Positions 25,737-36,700 of a DNA stretch of 64,000 bases are shown piece after piece (the first letter of the stretch is position 1; every line of letters starts with the position of its first letter). The position numbers and the translations under genes are program-made. The stretch comes from a virus (taxonomy: Duplodnaviria; Caudoviricetes): positions 1-64,000 of the IMG/VR virus record IMGVR_UViG_3300031998_000057, one strand, 5' to 3'. The notes below the pieces were generated by a model. That model saw nothing but the letters and a program-made list of their open reading frames with translations. It did no database searches and was not told the origin of the DNA.

Positions 25737-26063
25737 ATGAAAGAACACACGCCCGAGCAGCGCCGTGAGCTGGCGCAGAAGCTCCGCGACATTGCCGACC
25801 TGCTGGAAGAAGTCACCGACGAATCCTTTGACCCCGAATGGTCCTGCACCATCGACGCGGCCATCGCCATCGTCTGCCCCGGCTTCCTCGAAGAAGAGGA
25901 CGCCGCCCTCGAAGCCGAGCTGAACAGCCCAGAAATGGACGCCTTCATGGACGAGATGAAAAAAGACCCCGCCTACCAGCAGGGCCTCGAAGAGTTCAAA
26001 AAGCTCACTGAAAAGGTTGTCCCGATCAGCAAGGGCAAGCCGAAAGGCGGTGACAAGCGCTGA
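25737..26063 (+). CDS. acidic hypothetical protein
   Basis: GGAGG RBS. Confidence 0.65.
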   Translation: MKEHTPEQRRELAQKLRDIADLLEEVTDESFDPEWSCTIDAAIAIVCPGFLEEEDAALEAELNSPEMDAFMDEMKKDPAYQQGLEEFKKLTEKVVPISKGKPKGGDKR

Positions 26064-26239
26064 AAGTCAAGCCGAAGCTCGTCACGAACGTCGTAAAGCG
26101 CCCTTACAAATTCCGCGTCACGTTCAAAAGCGGGAACAAGGAAACCTTAACGGTATACGCCGAAAGTTATGCCGCCGCCGTTCTGCGGCTCCCCCCTAAC
26201 GTCGCGGAATACGAATGCGAAGCCCCGAAAACGGAATGA
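26060..26239 (+). CDS. small hypothetical protein, apparent CTG start
   Basis: LKVKPKLVTNVVKRPYKFRVTFKSG..; CTGA overlap with the upstream stop. Confidence 0.4.
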   Translation: MKVKPKLVTNVVKRPYKFRVTFKSGNKETLTVYAESYAAAVLRLPPNVAEYECEAPKTE

Positions 26240-26250
26240 AAAACGGACAA

Positions 26251-26294
26251 GCCCCCGACCGCCGCATCTTCGCGGCTGTCGGGGGCCTTTTTTT
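26251..26294. terminator. terminator between convergent early and late operons
   Basis: GCCCCCGAC..GTCGGGGGC plus T tract. Confidence 0.8.
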
Positions 26295-26326
26295 GTTTTC
26301 TCCCGCGTTTTCCGCGCCGCCGCGCC

Positions 26327-26620
26327 TTAAAGCGTACTCAGCCGCCCGTCGCTCACGACCGCGGCGTTGCTGCTCTCTCCGAGGATGAACACGACGCACT
26401 GATCCCCCGCGGAAAGCGCAGACGCGCCGCTCGTATAGGGGAGCGTCACGGTGCTGTCATACGGCTTCTGAACGGTCATCGTGCTGTTCGCCGAGTCCAC
26501 AGATACGACAGTCGCACGGTAGGTCTGCACGACGCCGTGCTCCGTCATCCACGGCAGGACGAAATTCTTCATGCAGTAGTCGCAGAGCTTTCGGGCAAAG
26601 CGCTCAAAATAGCCGTCCAT
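26327..26620 (-). CDS. small tail/baseplate-associated protein
   Basis: Position; beta-rich. Confidence 0.55.
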   Translation of the reverse strand: MDGYFERFARKLCDYCMKNFVLPWMTEHGVVQTYRATVVSVDSANSTMTVQKPYDSTVTLPYTSGASALSAGDQCVVFILGESSNAAVVSDGRLSTL

Positions 26621-26626
26621 GCGCCG

Positions 26627-27361
26627 TCACTCCCCGATGGCGATCCAGTAATAGGTCTTGCCGCTCGTGTTGAAGCCCTGCGCCGCGCCGCCCGTTCCGC
26701 CCACGGGGTCCTGAACAGACCAGGAGACGTAATAATCGCCCCAGGTCAGGTTGAGCTGCGTGGCGGAATAAGCGCCGTTGTGCTCGCCGTAGTAGCTCGT
26801 GCTTGCGGCGGGCCGCGCCGCCATGAAGGATTTGGCGGGCGAGTTCAGAACACCGCCGCCCTCGCCGTCGCCGAACAGCGTCCCCATGTCGATCTCGAAA
26901 ACGAGCAGGAGAACGGGGCGGAAGGTCATGTTTACGGTCACGGTTCCGACGACGCCGTTGCCCGTATAGCTGCCGCTCTCGATCTTCGCGGAGCTTCCGC
27001 CGCTCACGACCCAATTTGTGCCGTCGTAAACGAGCGTCAGAATTTCGCCGTCGTCCCAGCTCTCCTTCGGCTTCGCATCGTCGCGCATGATGGCCTTGGC
27101 TCCCGTCCCGTTCACGTTCAGCGTCGGATTTGCCGACACGTTGCGAACGGCGAAGCAGACGCGCACCGTAAGCCCCTCGAACAGGCTCAGAGTCCCCGAA
27201 TAATCGATCGTGACCGTCTTGGCCGCGACCGCCGCGTTCGTGGAACATACGCCGTAGGGATGCTGCGCCAGCTCGATCCCCTGCCCCATCGCCGTAAGCG
27301 CCGCCGCGTTGATGTCCGGCGCGGTTCCGTCCGTCCACGCGGGAGTGTCATATCCTGCCAT
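26627..27361 (-). CDS. tail fibre-related protein
   Basis: N..ANPTLNVNGTGAK.I..YDGTNW motif typical of tail fibres. Confidence 0.65.
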   Translation of the reverse strand: MAGYDTPAWTDGTAPDINAAALTAMGQGIELAQHPYGVCSTNAAVAAKTVTIDYSGTLSLFEGLTVRVCFAVRNVSANPTLNVNGTGAKAIMRDDAKPKESWDDGEILTLVYDGTNWVVSGGSSAKIESGSYTGNGVVGTVTVNMTFRPVLLLVFEIDMGTLFGDGEGGGVLNSPAKSFMAARPAASTSYYGEHNGAYSATQLNLTWGDYYVSWSVQDPVGGTGGAAQGFNTSGKTYYWIAIGE

Positions 27362-27363
27362 GC

Positions 27364-27567
27364 TTATCCCTCCTTCTCTTCCGCGTCAGCCGCCGGAGCG
27401 CTCACCGTCGGAACGGCCTCCTCCACGATCACGCCGCGCTTTGCGGCCTTGCGGAACTGTACGCCGCCTTCGCAGAAGAAATAGACGCCGTTCTCACCGA
27501 CCACGTTATAGCGGCCCCCGTCCTCAAGAACGTAAACGAGCCTCTTTTTGCTCTTCTTTTTGCTCAT
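27364..27567 (-). CDS. small hypothetical protein
   Basis: RBS plus ATG. Confidence 0.5.
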   Translation of the reverse strand: MSKKKSKKRLVYVLEDGGRYNVVGENGVYFFCEGGVQFRKAAKRGVIVEEAVPTVSAPAADAEEKEG

Positions 27568-27640
27568 GGGTTTCTCTCCCCTTCTTTCATAAAATCTTCT
27601 CACGCGCCCGATTTTCGGCGTCGGGCGCGTTGTTTTGCTT

Positions 27641-30600
27641 TTACCACGGTTGTGTAGTGCGCCCCCACACGGTATTCACTTCCGCCGAGGTCGTCTTGTA
27701 GTTGAAGCCCTCATGCCAGCCGCTCGGTCTGCTCGCCGGTTCGCAGTAGAGTGTGAACGAAGCGCTTGTCCCGTAGAAGATTGAATGCGACCACTTCTGA
27801 CTGCCGCCGCTGTTCATGGAAATGGACAGGACGCTGCTCCGCAGCCAAACCTTTTCAAGTCCCTCGCAGTCGGAAAACGCTTCTTGCTCTATCGTCTGAG
27901 CGGCAAGCATAAGGTTGCCGCTTATGCCGCTTCCCCAAAAAGCATATTTATCAATAAGTTTGAGACTTGTCGGGAAGCTGACGGACGTGACAAGAGTAGT
28001 TTCCGACGCGGCGCTTCTTTCGATCCGCTCCACGCCGTCGGGAACGGTGAGAGCGCCCGCGTAGCCTCGCGGCACGAAGGCGAGCGAAGTCCCGCTCTTG
28101 TTGAGCAGCAGGCCGCCGTCGCTTTTGTAGGCGGGATTTCCTTCGGACACGGAAATGCTTGCGAGATTTGGACAAGCTTCAAAGGCGTACATGGCAACGC
28201 TTGTCACGCTGTCTGGGATCGTGACGCTTTGGATCGACTTGCAGTGTGCGAAAACATAGCGCTTGATCTTCGTGACGCCGTAGGGGATCTCAAGGTCTGT
28301 GACAAGCTCTCCGCCAGAGTAGAGCGCCCCTGCGCCGCTGCAGAACGGCGTATTGCTGCTGTTGCCGAGTTCGACCCCGCACCATGCGGCGATATCGTCT
28401 ATATTCACGCGGGTCAGGGTGTTGCAGTATTCAAAAGCGGACACCCCGATTCTCACCAGGCTCGGCGGCAGCGTGATCTCGGTCATTGAGGAATTGTACG
28501 AGAAGGCAAGGCCGCGGATCACCGTCACGCTGCTGTCGAGCACGACCTTCGCAACGTCCCGACTGTGCCCGTAGCCGGAGCCGATAAAGCCCGACCAGCC
28601 GCCCTCGTCGCCGACGGCGTATTTCGTTCCGTTCACCGCCTGCAAGCGGACGCGGTAAGTGCCTGCGGCGGCGTAAGTGTGGGATATCCTCGCTTCAAGG
28701 TTCTCGTCGGAGTCGAGGGAGCTGCCGTCGCCCCAATCGACGAATACGCCTCTGCTCTGCGTCTGCGCGAAGTTGACGTTCTGTTCAAGGCGGTTTGCAG
28801 GGACGTTGATGACTACTTCGGTACAGTTATCCGCAAAAACGACCGGCGTGTAATACGTCGTGTTCATGCTCGGCGTCCCCACGAACGTGCCGCCCGTGCT
28901 GCCAAACATATAGGAGAGAGCGCTTCCTCCGTCAATTCCCATCCCGCTTTCCGGGACGCGGTAGGCGATCTGATAATCGCCCGTCCGAGAAGCGGAGAGT
29001 TTCAGAGAAGTACAGCCGGAGCACATCATTATGCAGCTCCCACGCCCGAAAGTTTTTTGCCGCAGAACAGGAAATTCGGTAAGGGCGGTGCATCCCCAAT
29101 AAAACTGCACAAGGCAGCCTTCGGTCAGAATAACGGTGGAAACGTCAGGCCCGGAAACGAGATTGTCACAGCTCTCAAACAGGCTTCGCAAGGCGTAATT
29201 CGCGGGCTGCGGATGGCCTCCTTCCTCAAACGTCCGATAATCGAGCAGGCTTTCGACGTTGCCGGAGCAGCGGATGTCGGAGCCGGTAAAGCGGAAGAAA
29301 GCGACCTGACCTGTTATTTTCGTGTTTCCGCTTCCGCGCATCAGCACGGTATTGTCGTCCCCGCTCTGAACGCTGTCACCGCGGCTGAACTCCGTCCACG
29401 TTGCGCCGCCGTCCGTGCTCGTTTCAAGCGTCCCATCCCACGGTTTTACCGTCGGGAAAGCGGTTGTCAGCGTAAACGCTTCGGGGCTTGAGAACTTCAG
29501 GTATGCGTTCTGTTTCGGCGTGACCGCCGCGGTATAAAAGTCGTTCACGCTCGTCGCCGTGATCCGCATGGCCCCGTTTGCCGCGAGCGGCCTTGAAAAG
29601 CCCTGCACCAGATGGCGCTCGACGGGGCTTCCCTCCTTGTCCGTGCGCTCAAGCGTCAAGAGCTTGTTGCCGCGAATGTGGAACATCTGCGAGCAGGAGA
29701 TTTCCACGGCCCTCTGCAAAACGCTTGTGCGCTTAACCTGCCACTCCGCATAGTCGCGGCATTGCGTGTCCGTGGCGAAGCCCGCCTTCTGTATGCGTAT
29801 CGTCTTTCTGCCGATGGCGTTGATATCCACGGGGGAACGTGCGTCGAATATCTCAGCGCGGCCCTTCGGCTGCCTGTTGTCGCTCATGGCGTCGCCGACA
29901 ACGATCACGTCGTTGTAAACGTCGGTGTTCTTCACCGTGTAGCTCATGCCGCAAAGCTCGGCCTCGTCCGTGGAAAACGCCCACAAAACAGGCTTGTCCG
30001 TATCTAAGATATCGTCCTGCGACGGGTCGAGCCGCAGCGCCCCGCTTTCGTCGTAGCCTACCCATGCGTTCACCATTGCGGCCAGCCCCGCGATCACGTC
30101 CCACTTCGTCTGTCCCGCGTCCACCGTCAGCGTATAAGGGGAAAGCACCATACTCACGGTGGAACCGTCGGGGAGCGCCTGCGTCATGCCGTTGTAGTAT
30201 TCCGTAAAAACGGGCTGAACGCGGTCTGTCGGCTGGCCGTTCCCCCTGTCCTCCGCAAGCAGCGCCGCGATGGGCGCGAAGATATTCGTTCCGACGGAAA
30301 CTTGGTATGTCCCGTCAAGCTTGCCGCCGAGCGAGCCGTCGAGAAAAGCCGCCTTGTCCACAAGGGAATAGACCGCCGTGCGCTCCGTAGGCTGCACGTT
30401 CTCCTCCGGCGTCTCGATCAGGAAGATGCCCTGTTGGATGTAAAATTCCGTTTCCCCGTCAGAGAGGATAAGCCCCTCGTCGAGCGCGATCTCCTGCCCG
30501 AACCATATATGGTTAAAGGCGTAGTCGTATTCGCCGTCCACGTTGTCGAGCCTGACCGTAACGCTCGTCCGCCGCCCGTTCTGCCAGTTGTGCGTGATCG

Positions 30601-30760
30601 TGCCGTCGGCGATGAACGTGCCTGACCGCGTGTTCTTCGGGTTGTTGTCCACGAGGAACGCCGTGGAGCCGTCCGGCTGCAAAAAACGCAGGCGGCAAAG
30701 CTTCTGAAAGGGCTTGCGCAGCATTTCTAAATAATCCGCGTATTTTTCCTGCTCGGTCAC
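27641..30760 (-). CDS. minor tail protein with PKD-like and BspA-type leucine-rich-repeat C-terminus
   Basis: VDWGDGS..HTYAAAGTY; IxxxAFxxC..L..VTIP repeats. Confidence 0.7.
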   Translation of the reverse strand: MTEQEKYADYLEMLRKPFQKLCRLRFLQPDGSTAFLVDNNPKNTRSGTFIADGTITHNWQNGRRTSVTVRLDNVDGEYDYAFNHIWFGQEIALDEGLILSDGETEFYIQQGIFLIETPEENVQPTERTAVYSLVDKAAFLDGSLGGKLDGTYQVSVGTNIFAPIAALLAEDRGNGQPTDRVQPVFTEYYNGMTQALPDGSTVSMVLSPYTLTVDAGQTKWDVIAGLAAMVNAWVGYDESGALRLDPSQDDILDTDKPVLWAFSTDEAELCGMSYTVKNTDVYNDVIVVGDAMSDNRQPKGRAEIFDARSPVDINAIGRKTIRIQKAGFATDTQCRDYAEWQVKRTSVLQRAVEISCSQMFHIRGNKLLTLERTDKEGSPVERHLVQGFSRPLAANGAMRITATSVNDFYTAAVTPKQNAYLKFSSPEAFTLTTAFPTVKPWDGTLETSTDGGATWTEFSRGDSVQSGDDNTVLMRGSGNTKITGQVAFFRFTGSDIRCSGNVESLLDYRTFEEGGHPQPANYALRSLFESCDNLVSGPDVSTVILTEGCLVQFYWGCTALTEFPVLRQKTFGRGSCIMMCSGCTSLKLSASRTGDYQIAYRVPESGMGIDGGSALSYMFGSTGGTFVGTPSMNTTYYTPVVFADNCTEVVINVPANRLEQNVNFAQTQSRGVFVDWGDGSSLDSDENLEARISHTYAAAGTYRVRLQAVNGTKYAVGDEGGWSGFIGSGYGHSRDVAKVVLDSSVTVIRGLAFSYNSSMTEITLPPSLVRIGVSAFEYCNTLTRVNIDDIAAWCGVELGNSSNTPFCSGAGALYSGGELVTDLEIPYGVTKIKRYVFAHCKSIQSVTIPDSVTSVAMYAFEACPNLASISVSEGNPAYKSDGGLLLNKSGTSLAFVPRGYAGALTVPDGVERIERSAASETTLVTSVSFPTSLKLIDKYAFWGSGISGNLMLAAQTIEQEAFSDCEGLEKVWLRSSVLSISMNSGGSQKWSHSIFYGTSASFTLYCEPASRPSGWHEGFNYKTTSAEVNTVWGRTTQPW

Positions 30761-30780
30761 GCGCTTTCACCTCCCGCGTT

Positions 30781-32910
30781 TCAATCTTCTTTCAGGACGG
30801 GTGCGGGAGCCTGCCCCTGCGCCTCCGCCCATGCCGTTGCGTAAAGGCTTGCCCTTTTCGCGTCCCCCACCTCGGCCCAGGGCAGCGTCATGGTCTGCAT
30901 CTGCTCCGCGGTCGCGTCCGCCGTCTGCATGGAGACCGCGCCCGCGAGCCTGACGCGCAGAAGGTCGCCTTTCCGCGATTTTAAAAACAGCGGGTTCTTC
31001 GTCAGCGAAAGCGCCATGATGCTGTCCCTGATGTGCAGGGTATCAACGTATTCGGGCTGCCCGCTCGTCCAATCCACAATGCCGATCAGGCTGCTCAGTG
31101 AAGCGCTTTTATAGTTCTGCGGAACGAGCTGGATCTTTGGATAGGGCGTGAAGTTGTGAAGAATGTTCGGCGCGTTGTTGTTCGACATTGCGCCCGTCTC
31201 GATGTTGTAGCGGAAGCGGAACGCCTTGATGACGCGGAAGATATCTGCATCCGCCGTTTCCTCGCATTCCATCAGCGTCCAGTTCCACCAGCAGGGAGAG
31301 ATCGGTTCGCTCACAGCCGCCTCGGAAATGTATGTGGTCTCGCCCACGGGGAAGAGGTAATAGATATACGGCCCCTGCTGGCTTCGCGCCCCGTAGTCGT
31401 ACAGTACGCCCTCGTCCTCCCCTGTCTCGCCGATCTTCACGAAAGCGCCGCCGCTTCCCGTGCGGCGGTAGAGCGCCCAGCCGATCACGCGGTCGTCGGA
31501 AACAAACTGACCCGCGCTCGTCCCGTGCGTCCAGTCCGCCATCATATAGTCCGGCTCCGTCTTTCCAGGCACATAGTCGCCGTCCGTAATGGCGGCGGTC
31601 ACAGTGTCGGCGCTCGCCGTCCCGTTCACGATCTCAAAGAAATCGCAGAGCTGATAGCCTCCGACCTCCGCGAAGCTGATATCGTCCTGCGTATACGAGG
31701 GCGAAAGCGTGAACGTGTCCACCGTCTCAACGGTCGAGGATGCGGGATAAAGACCCGTGGCCGGATAAAGACCCGTGTGCGGGTAAAGACCTCCGCTCAG
31801 ATATTCGCTTCTGAGGTAGAGCGCCGTCGCCGTGAGGACGGCGGTAACGGTCGGCGTGTTGATGATGCCGCTCTGTAAGGCAAGCGTCGTGCCGCCCTTG
31901 GAAAGCGTCAGCGTGTGCGTTGGATAGTCGTAAGCGAGCGTGATGTCGCCGCCGCTTTGCCCTATCGTGAAGAGCGTGCCCGAAACGTAGCCGAGCGTCC
32001 CCTTCCACAAAACGCTCCACGGCGCGGCGAAGCTCATGGCTTTCGTCCCCACCCTGTCCCAGCGCACGGAGGAGCCGAGCGGCAGCGTGAGGATGTGGTC
32101 GTCACTGATGGAATACGGCCCCGTCGCCGCCCCCTGGATAAGACCGATCCCGTCCCATTCCACCTTTACGGCGTCCGTGCCGTTCGCGCAGGAGGCGCTG
32201 AAATCTCCGGCGGTCTCTATCGTCTTGTATTCGGCGGAGAAATACACCCAGCCGGTATCGGCCTCTATGCCGTTCTCCGTCTGACAGTTCAGCCGCACGG
32301 CGTAGTTTACGCCCGTGAAAAAGCCGTCGTAATAGCAGGAAATGTCCATCGTGCCGCTGACGTTCCCACTGTCGAAAAACGGCTCGTCCGTATCGTCCGC
32401 ATAGGCGATGCGCCAGCGGAACCAGTTGAGAACGTCACCCTGCGCCTGCGAGTAGCTGCCTGAAAAGGTATAGAAGCGCGTGTCGATCACGCCGCCCGTG
32501 CCGATGCTCACGACGGAAAGCGACGGAGCCGCCCGCGTGATGAAAACGCTGGCGCTCGTCTGCGTCACGCTTTCCTCCGTTTCCCACCACTGCCGGATGA
32601 TGAGCTTGTACTCGTTCCCGTTGCTGATCCCCGCTGCGGCAAGCGCGGCGGCGCTGACGGTATAGCTGAAAAACCTCGGCTTTCCCGTGCTGCTCGTCCC
32701 GTAGGCGGGGCATCCGTCCGTGATCTTGCCCGTGGTAAACAGTTCCGTACTCACCGCGTCGTTCTCGCAGATGGTTATGGAAAACGCGGTCATGGCGCTG
32801 CTGCCTGTTATTCGCCACGACACGGGCATATCCTGCGCGGCGTCAACCGTTCCGTTGCCGATCCCCGATCTCACGTCAGGCAGCACAAAAACGGGCTGGA
32901 AAAGTGCCAT
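30781..32910 (-). CDS. tail/baseplate protein
   Basis: 709 aa downstream of the tape measure; GLYP repeats. Confidence 0.6.
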   Translation of the reverse strand: MALFQPVFVLPDVRSGIGNGTVDAAQDMPVSWRITGSSAMTAFSITICENDAVSTELFTTGKITDGCPAYGTSSTGKPRFFSYTVSAAALAAAGISNGNEYKLIIRQWWETEESVTQTSASVFITRAAPSLSVVSIGTGGVIDTRFYTFSGSYSQAQGDVLNWFRWRIAYADDTDEPFFDSGNVSGTMDISCYYDGFFTGVNYAVRLNCQTENGIEADTGWVYFSAEYKTIETAGDFSASCANGTDAVKVEWDGIGLIQGAATGPYSISDDHILTLPLGSSVRWDRVGTKAMSFAAPWSVLWKGTLGYVSGTLFTIGQSGGDITLAYDYPTHTLTLSKGGTTLALQSGIINTPTVTAVLTATALYLRSEYLSGGLYPHTGLYPATGLYPASSTVETVDTFTLSPSYTQDDISFAEVGGYQLCDFFEIVNGTASADTVTAAITDGDYVPGKTEPDYMMADWTHGTSAGQFVSDDRVIGWALYRRTGSGGAFVKIGETGEDEGVLYDYGARSQQGPYIYYLFPVGETTYISEAAVSEPISPCWWNWTLMECEETADADIFRVIKAFRFRYNIETGAMSNNNAPNILHNFTPYPKIQLVPQNYKSASLSSLIGIVDWTSGQPEYVDTLHIRDSIMALSLTKNPLFLKSRKGDLLRVRLAGAVSMQTADATAEQMQTMTLPWAEVGDAKRASLYATAWAEAQGQAPAPVLKED

Positions 32911-32949
32911 TTTCTGGTCCTCCTTTTAAGGTGAGGTATAAGCGCCGCG

Positions 32950-33705
32950 TCAGGCTCCGCCTCCAATCGTGGGAATATAGATCGTCGTCGTGATTAACGA
33001 CGCATAAGGCGAGATGTCCGTGATCGTGCCGTTCTGCTCCATGTAGGCGCTGACGAGGCCGTTGGCGTCCCAGATCATCGTAAACGCCGAAGAGGACGAG
33101 TTTGCGCCGTCTACAAGAGCGCCGACAGCCCACAGTTCATAGTTGTCGCTGTCATAGAAAACAGATCCAAAGCCAGTGCCGGCCGAAATGGCGGATGCGT
33201 CGTAATCGCTCCTCGCAAACCCTCCGGTATCATACGCAAAACCTTGCAGCGCGGAACTGATATCCGCGAACGAATACGTTCCCAACGGATTGGCCAGCGT
33301 ACCTGTAATCGTCTCGTAGCTGTCGTAGCCGCTGCCTCCGCCTTGGGGTACTTGCACCGTGAGCGAGTTGATGAGCGTGGTGTCGTAGGTGTCGTTGGTC
33401 GTCACCGTGTTGCTGCCCTGCGAGACAAGCTGACCGCCGAGTACGACCTTGCCCTCGTCTTCGGAGTCGTAGCTGTTCGGGACTCCTACCGACACTTGGT
33501 CGTAAGCTTCCCCCTGCGGCGCTGCATAGTCGCCGTTCGCGGTTACTTCAAGGGAGGTAATATTCGGCCCCGGCGCAAAGTCGCACACGACAGGGTTGAA
33601 CGCATGGCCCTCCTCCGCGAATACCGTACCTTTCCCCTCCACGTTCAGCGGGTCGATCTTCACGGGCCGTCCGCCAACCAATTCATAGCTTTTGTACTTG
33701 CTCAT
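32950..33705 (-). CDS. virion appendage-like protein
   Basis: G/S/T-rich; shares ETI.GTL.NP.G with 43640-44380. Confidence 0.55.
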   Translation of the reverse strand: MSKYKSYELVGGRPVKIDPLNVEGKGTVFAEEGHAFNPVVCDFAPGPNITSLEVTANGDYAAPQGEAYDQVSVGVPNSYDSEDEGKVVLGGQLVSQGSNTVTTNDTYDTTLINSLTVQVPQGGGSGYDSYETITGTLANPLGTYSFADISSALQGFAYDTGGFARSDYDASAISAGTGFGSVFYDSDNYELWAVGALVDGANSSSSAFTMIWDANGLVSAYMEQNGTITDISPYASLITTTIYIPTIGGGA

Positions 33706-33748
33706 TTTCTTTTCCTCCGTTCGTTGTTTGTTTCCGTTTGCCGCGGTC

Positions 33749-36700
33749 TCAGCCCCCGTGCAGGGCCAGCGTACCGGCCATCTGCGCGAGGTCGTAGACC
33801 GTCATGCCTCTTGCCTGCTGTTCGTTCAGCGTAATGCTTCCGAATTGATAGACGTTTCCGTTGTGCTGTGTCCCGATGCCGATCCGCGTAGAGCCTCCTT
33901 CGAGCGCGGACGCCTGCTCGGCGGCGGCGGTAACGATGCCCATGTGCCGCAGGAGGGCATTGAAAGCGCCCGTTTCCTCCGCCCGCAGCATCCGCTCTGT
34001 CACGTTCGGGGGCAGGATCATTTCAGCCGCGCCCGTCGCCTTGAGGCCGCCGCGCCCGGACAAAATGCCGCCGCCGTCGTATACGGGCCTTCCGTTCGCG
34101 TCGTACCATGTGCCGTCGGATCGATGCCAGCCCATCGCCGTGCCAAGCAGCAGATTTTCGTCTTCAAGCCGCTTTCGTGTCTCGCCGTCTGCGCTGTGCC
34201 ACGCGGCGCTGTTGGCCTTCATGCGCTCGGTCAGGCCGTTCGCGGAAGCGCCGCTCAGACCGGCGGACGAAATGCCGCCCGCCGCAAGCGCGTAAGCGTT
34301 CGACAGGTTCACGCCGCCCTCCGCACCGTAGATGAGCATGGCGCTTTCGATCACGGCAAAGGCTTCCGCGAGCGTTTTCTCACCTTTCTTCACCGCTTCC
34401 GTCATGTCGTCCCAAACGCTCTTGAAGCTCTTGAACGCCTGCTCCGTGTTCTCGATCTGTTTCTCGATCTCAGCCGCCGCCTTTTTATAGGCCGCGTCGG
34501 CGTAAAACTCGTCGAGACCCGCCTGCGCCTTTTGCAGATCTTCCCGTGCCTTTTCCACGGTCTGCGCGTTGCTCGTCCATTCCCACCGCCCCGTCGCCGC
34601 GTTGTAATGGCGCACGGGGCGCTCGTTCTGCGCGTTTTCAAGCGCAATGCGGGCCTTTTCCACGGCGAGCAGCTTTTCCGCTTCGTCCGTTTCCTCCTTG
34701 CGGAGGTCACGGGCCGTCTGCAAGGCTTCGAGCTGCGCTTTCAGGGGTGCGGTCGCCGCGTCCGCCTGCTCGGAGAGCGCGTCGCCGATGTCCTTCATCG
34801 TGGCCGCAATGTCTTCCCGCAGCGCCTTCGCGGTCTCCTCCGCGCTCTTTTCGATCTTGCTCTGATAGTTCCACCATTCGGTCGAAAGAGCGACGACGTT
34901 TTTGCTCTCGCCCTCTATCGCGCGAAGATACTCGGCCTCGTCGTGCAGCGCGTCCTGGATAACGCGCATCTGCTCCGCCTGCTCCTCCGCGCTCGCGCCC
35001 GACGCTTCCATATAGGCGAGCCGCTGCTTTTCAAGCGCGACGGTCTCCTTCAGCGCCTCCAGCTTCTCGTCCGTCTTGCTCTCGCCCGTGCCGGACGAAG
35101 AGACCGTTTCCGTCTCTATCGGCTCCGGGGCGCTGTTCAGCGCCGCCAGCAGCGCTTTCAGCCGCGTAAGTTCTTCGTCGGCCTCCACGTTGATCCCCAG
35201 CGCCGTGCCGCCCTTCGTTCTTACGGAAAGGACGCTTTCGGCCTCCAACGCAGCGATACGCGCCGTCAGGTTCTTCTTGATCTCCGCCGTATTCGCCGCC
35301 CACGCCGTGCTTTCGCTGTTCAGCGCGAGGATCTGCACGAAGCTCGCCGCCGCCGCGTTTCCGTTTATGGCCGCGTATTCCGCCCACAGAGCGCTGACGT
35401 TGTCCGTGATCGCCTTGGTGTTCAGCACGAAGCCGTCCTTCGTCACGACAATGGAATTGGCAAGCTCCGGGTACTTCTCGATCAGGGCCTGCATGGTCTT
35501 TTCGGTCATGTAGCCCTGCTCGGTAAGCTCCGTCATCGCCGCGTTCAGCGGGTCAAGCTTTGCTTTCAGTTCGGTATACAATGCGACCTGAGTGGTAATC
35601 GCGGCGTTGAGGTCGTCGGTTGTATCGCTTTGCTCTTTAAGTGCTTTCTCTTCGCTCTTCCTCGCTCCGACAAGCGATATAAGCAGGGAAAGCGCGTCTT
35701 GCTGTTCAGCGGTCAGAGCGCCGTTGAGGTCTTTGTAAAGATAAAGTGCGTCACGCGCCCGTATCAGGTTATTTGTAAGATCATTAAAGCTGTCGGCGTA
35801 TTCCTCGTTGCCTTTTATGGCATTGTAGTATGCCTCCAAACCCATGAGGGCGGGGGACATACCCATTCCGTAGTCGAAAGAATAAGTGCCGTTTACAACG
35901 CCAATCGCTTCCGTAGCGGCCTCAAAAGCGTTGGATTTTTGCCGCTGCCTCAGAAGAAAGATTTGGTCTTTCAGCGCTTCGTTTTCGCTTTCGAGGCGCG
36001 TTTGATAAGCGTCGTCTCCGCCAGCCTTGTTGCTTTCCTCGATCAGGCGATTGTTTGTTTCTATCTTTTGGTTCAGCTTGTCGAGTTCACTTGTGGCGTT
36101 TTCGTATTCACTGACCGCCGCAGACATCTTTTCAAGATGTTCGTCAACGGTTTTATTTCCAAGCGCGTGATAAACACCGTTAATAGCGGCGGTGAGCGCG
36201 TAGACCGTTCCGATTGCAACGGAAATCACCAAAAACGGACTTGCGGCCCAAACCGCGCTGAATACCTCCGTCGCGGTGGTAGCGCTTCCGATGGCTGTAA
36301 TCAGTGCGCTTATTCCTTTGATAAGGCCGCCGCCCATAATGGTAGCCGCAAGCTTCGGGATATTCGTAATCAGTGCGGCAATAGCGCCCGAAAACGCAAG
36401 CACCGTAATGGTAGTACGCCCAAAATCGTTGTCGAGGATTTTCAGCACTTCGGTAAGTACATCGACAGCCGTTTTGAAAAGGTCGGTATCTACAATGTGA
36501 GAGATAAGCTGCGTCCATGTATTTTGAAGAATTTGCGTTTTGGCGTTCCAGGAGTCGAGCATCGTGCCGATTTCCTTGTCCGCCGTACCCGCCGCGTTTG
36601 CCGTGTCCGCAAGCATGGATTGGTACATATCCATGTTGTTGACAAGCGCGGTAAGCTGCGTCGTGCGGAGCTTACCGCCGAGGCCAGAAAGCACCTCAAA

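Noticed and set aside
31741-31795. 15-bp tandem repeat GGATAAAGACCCGTG as a regulatory element
   Set aside because: Explained by in-frame GLYP peptide repeats of the tail protein
26327-33705. Diversity-generating retroelement acting on tail genes
   Set aside because: No reverse transcriptase and no TR/VR pair differing at adenines seen in the window
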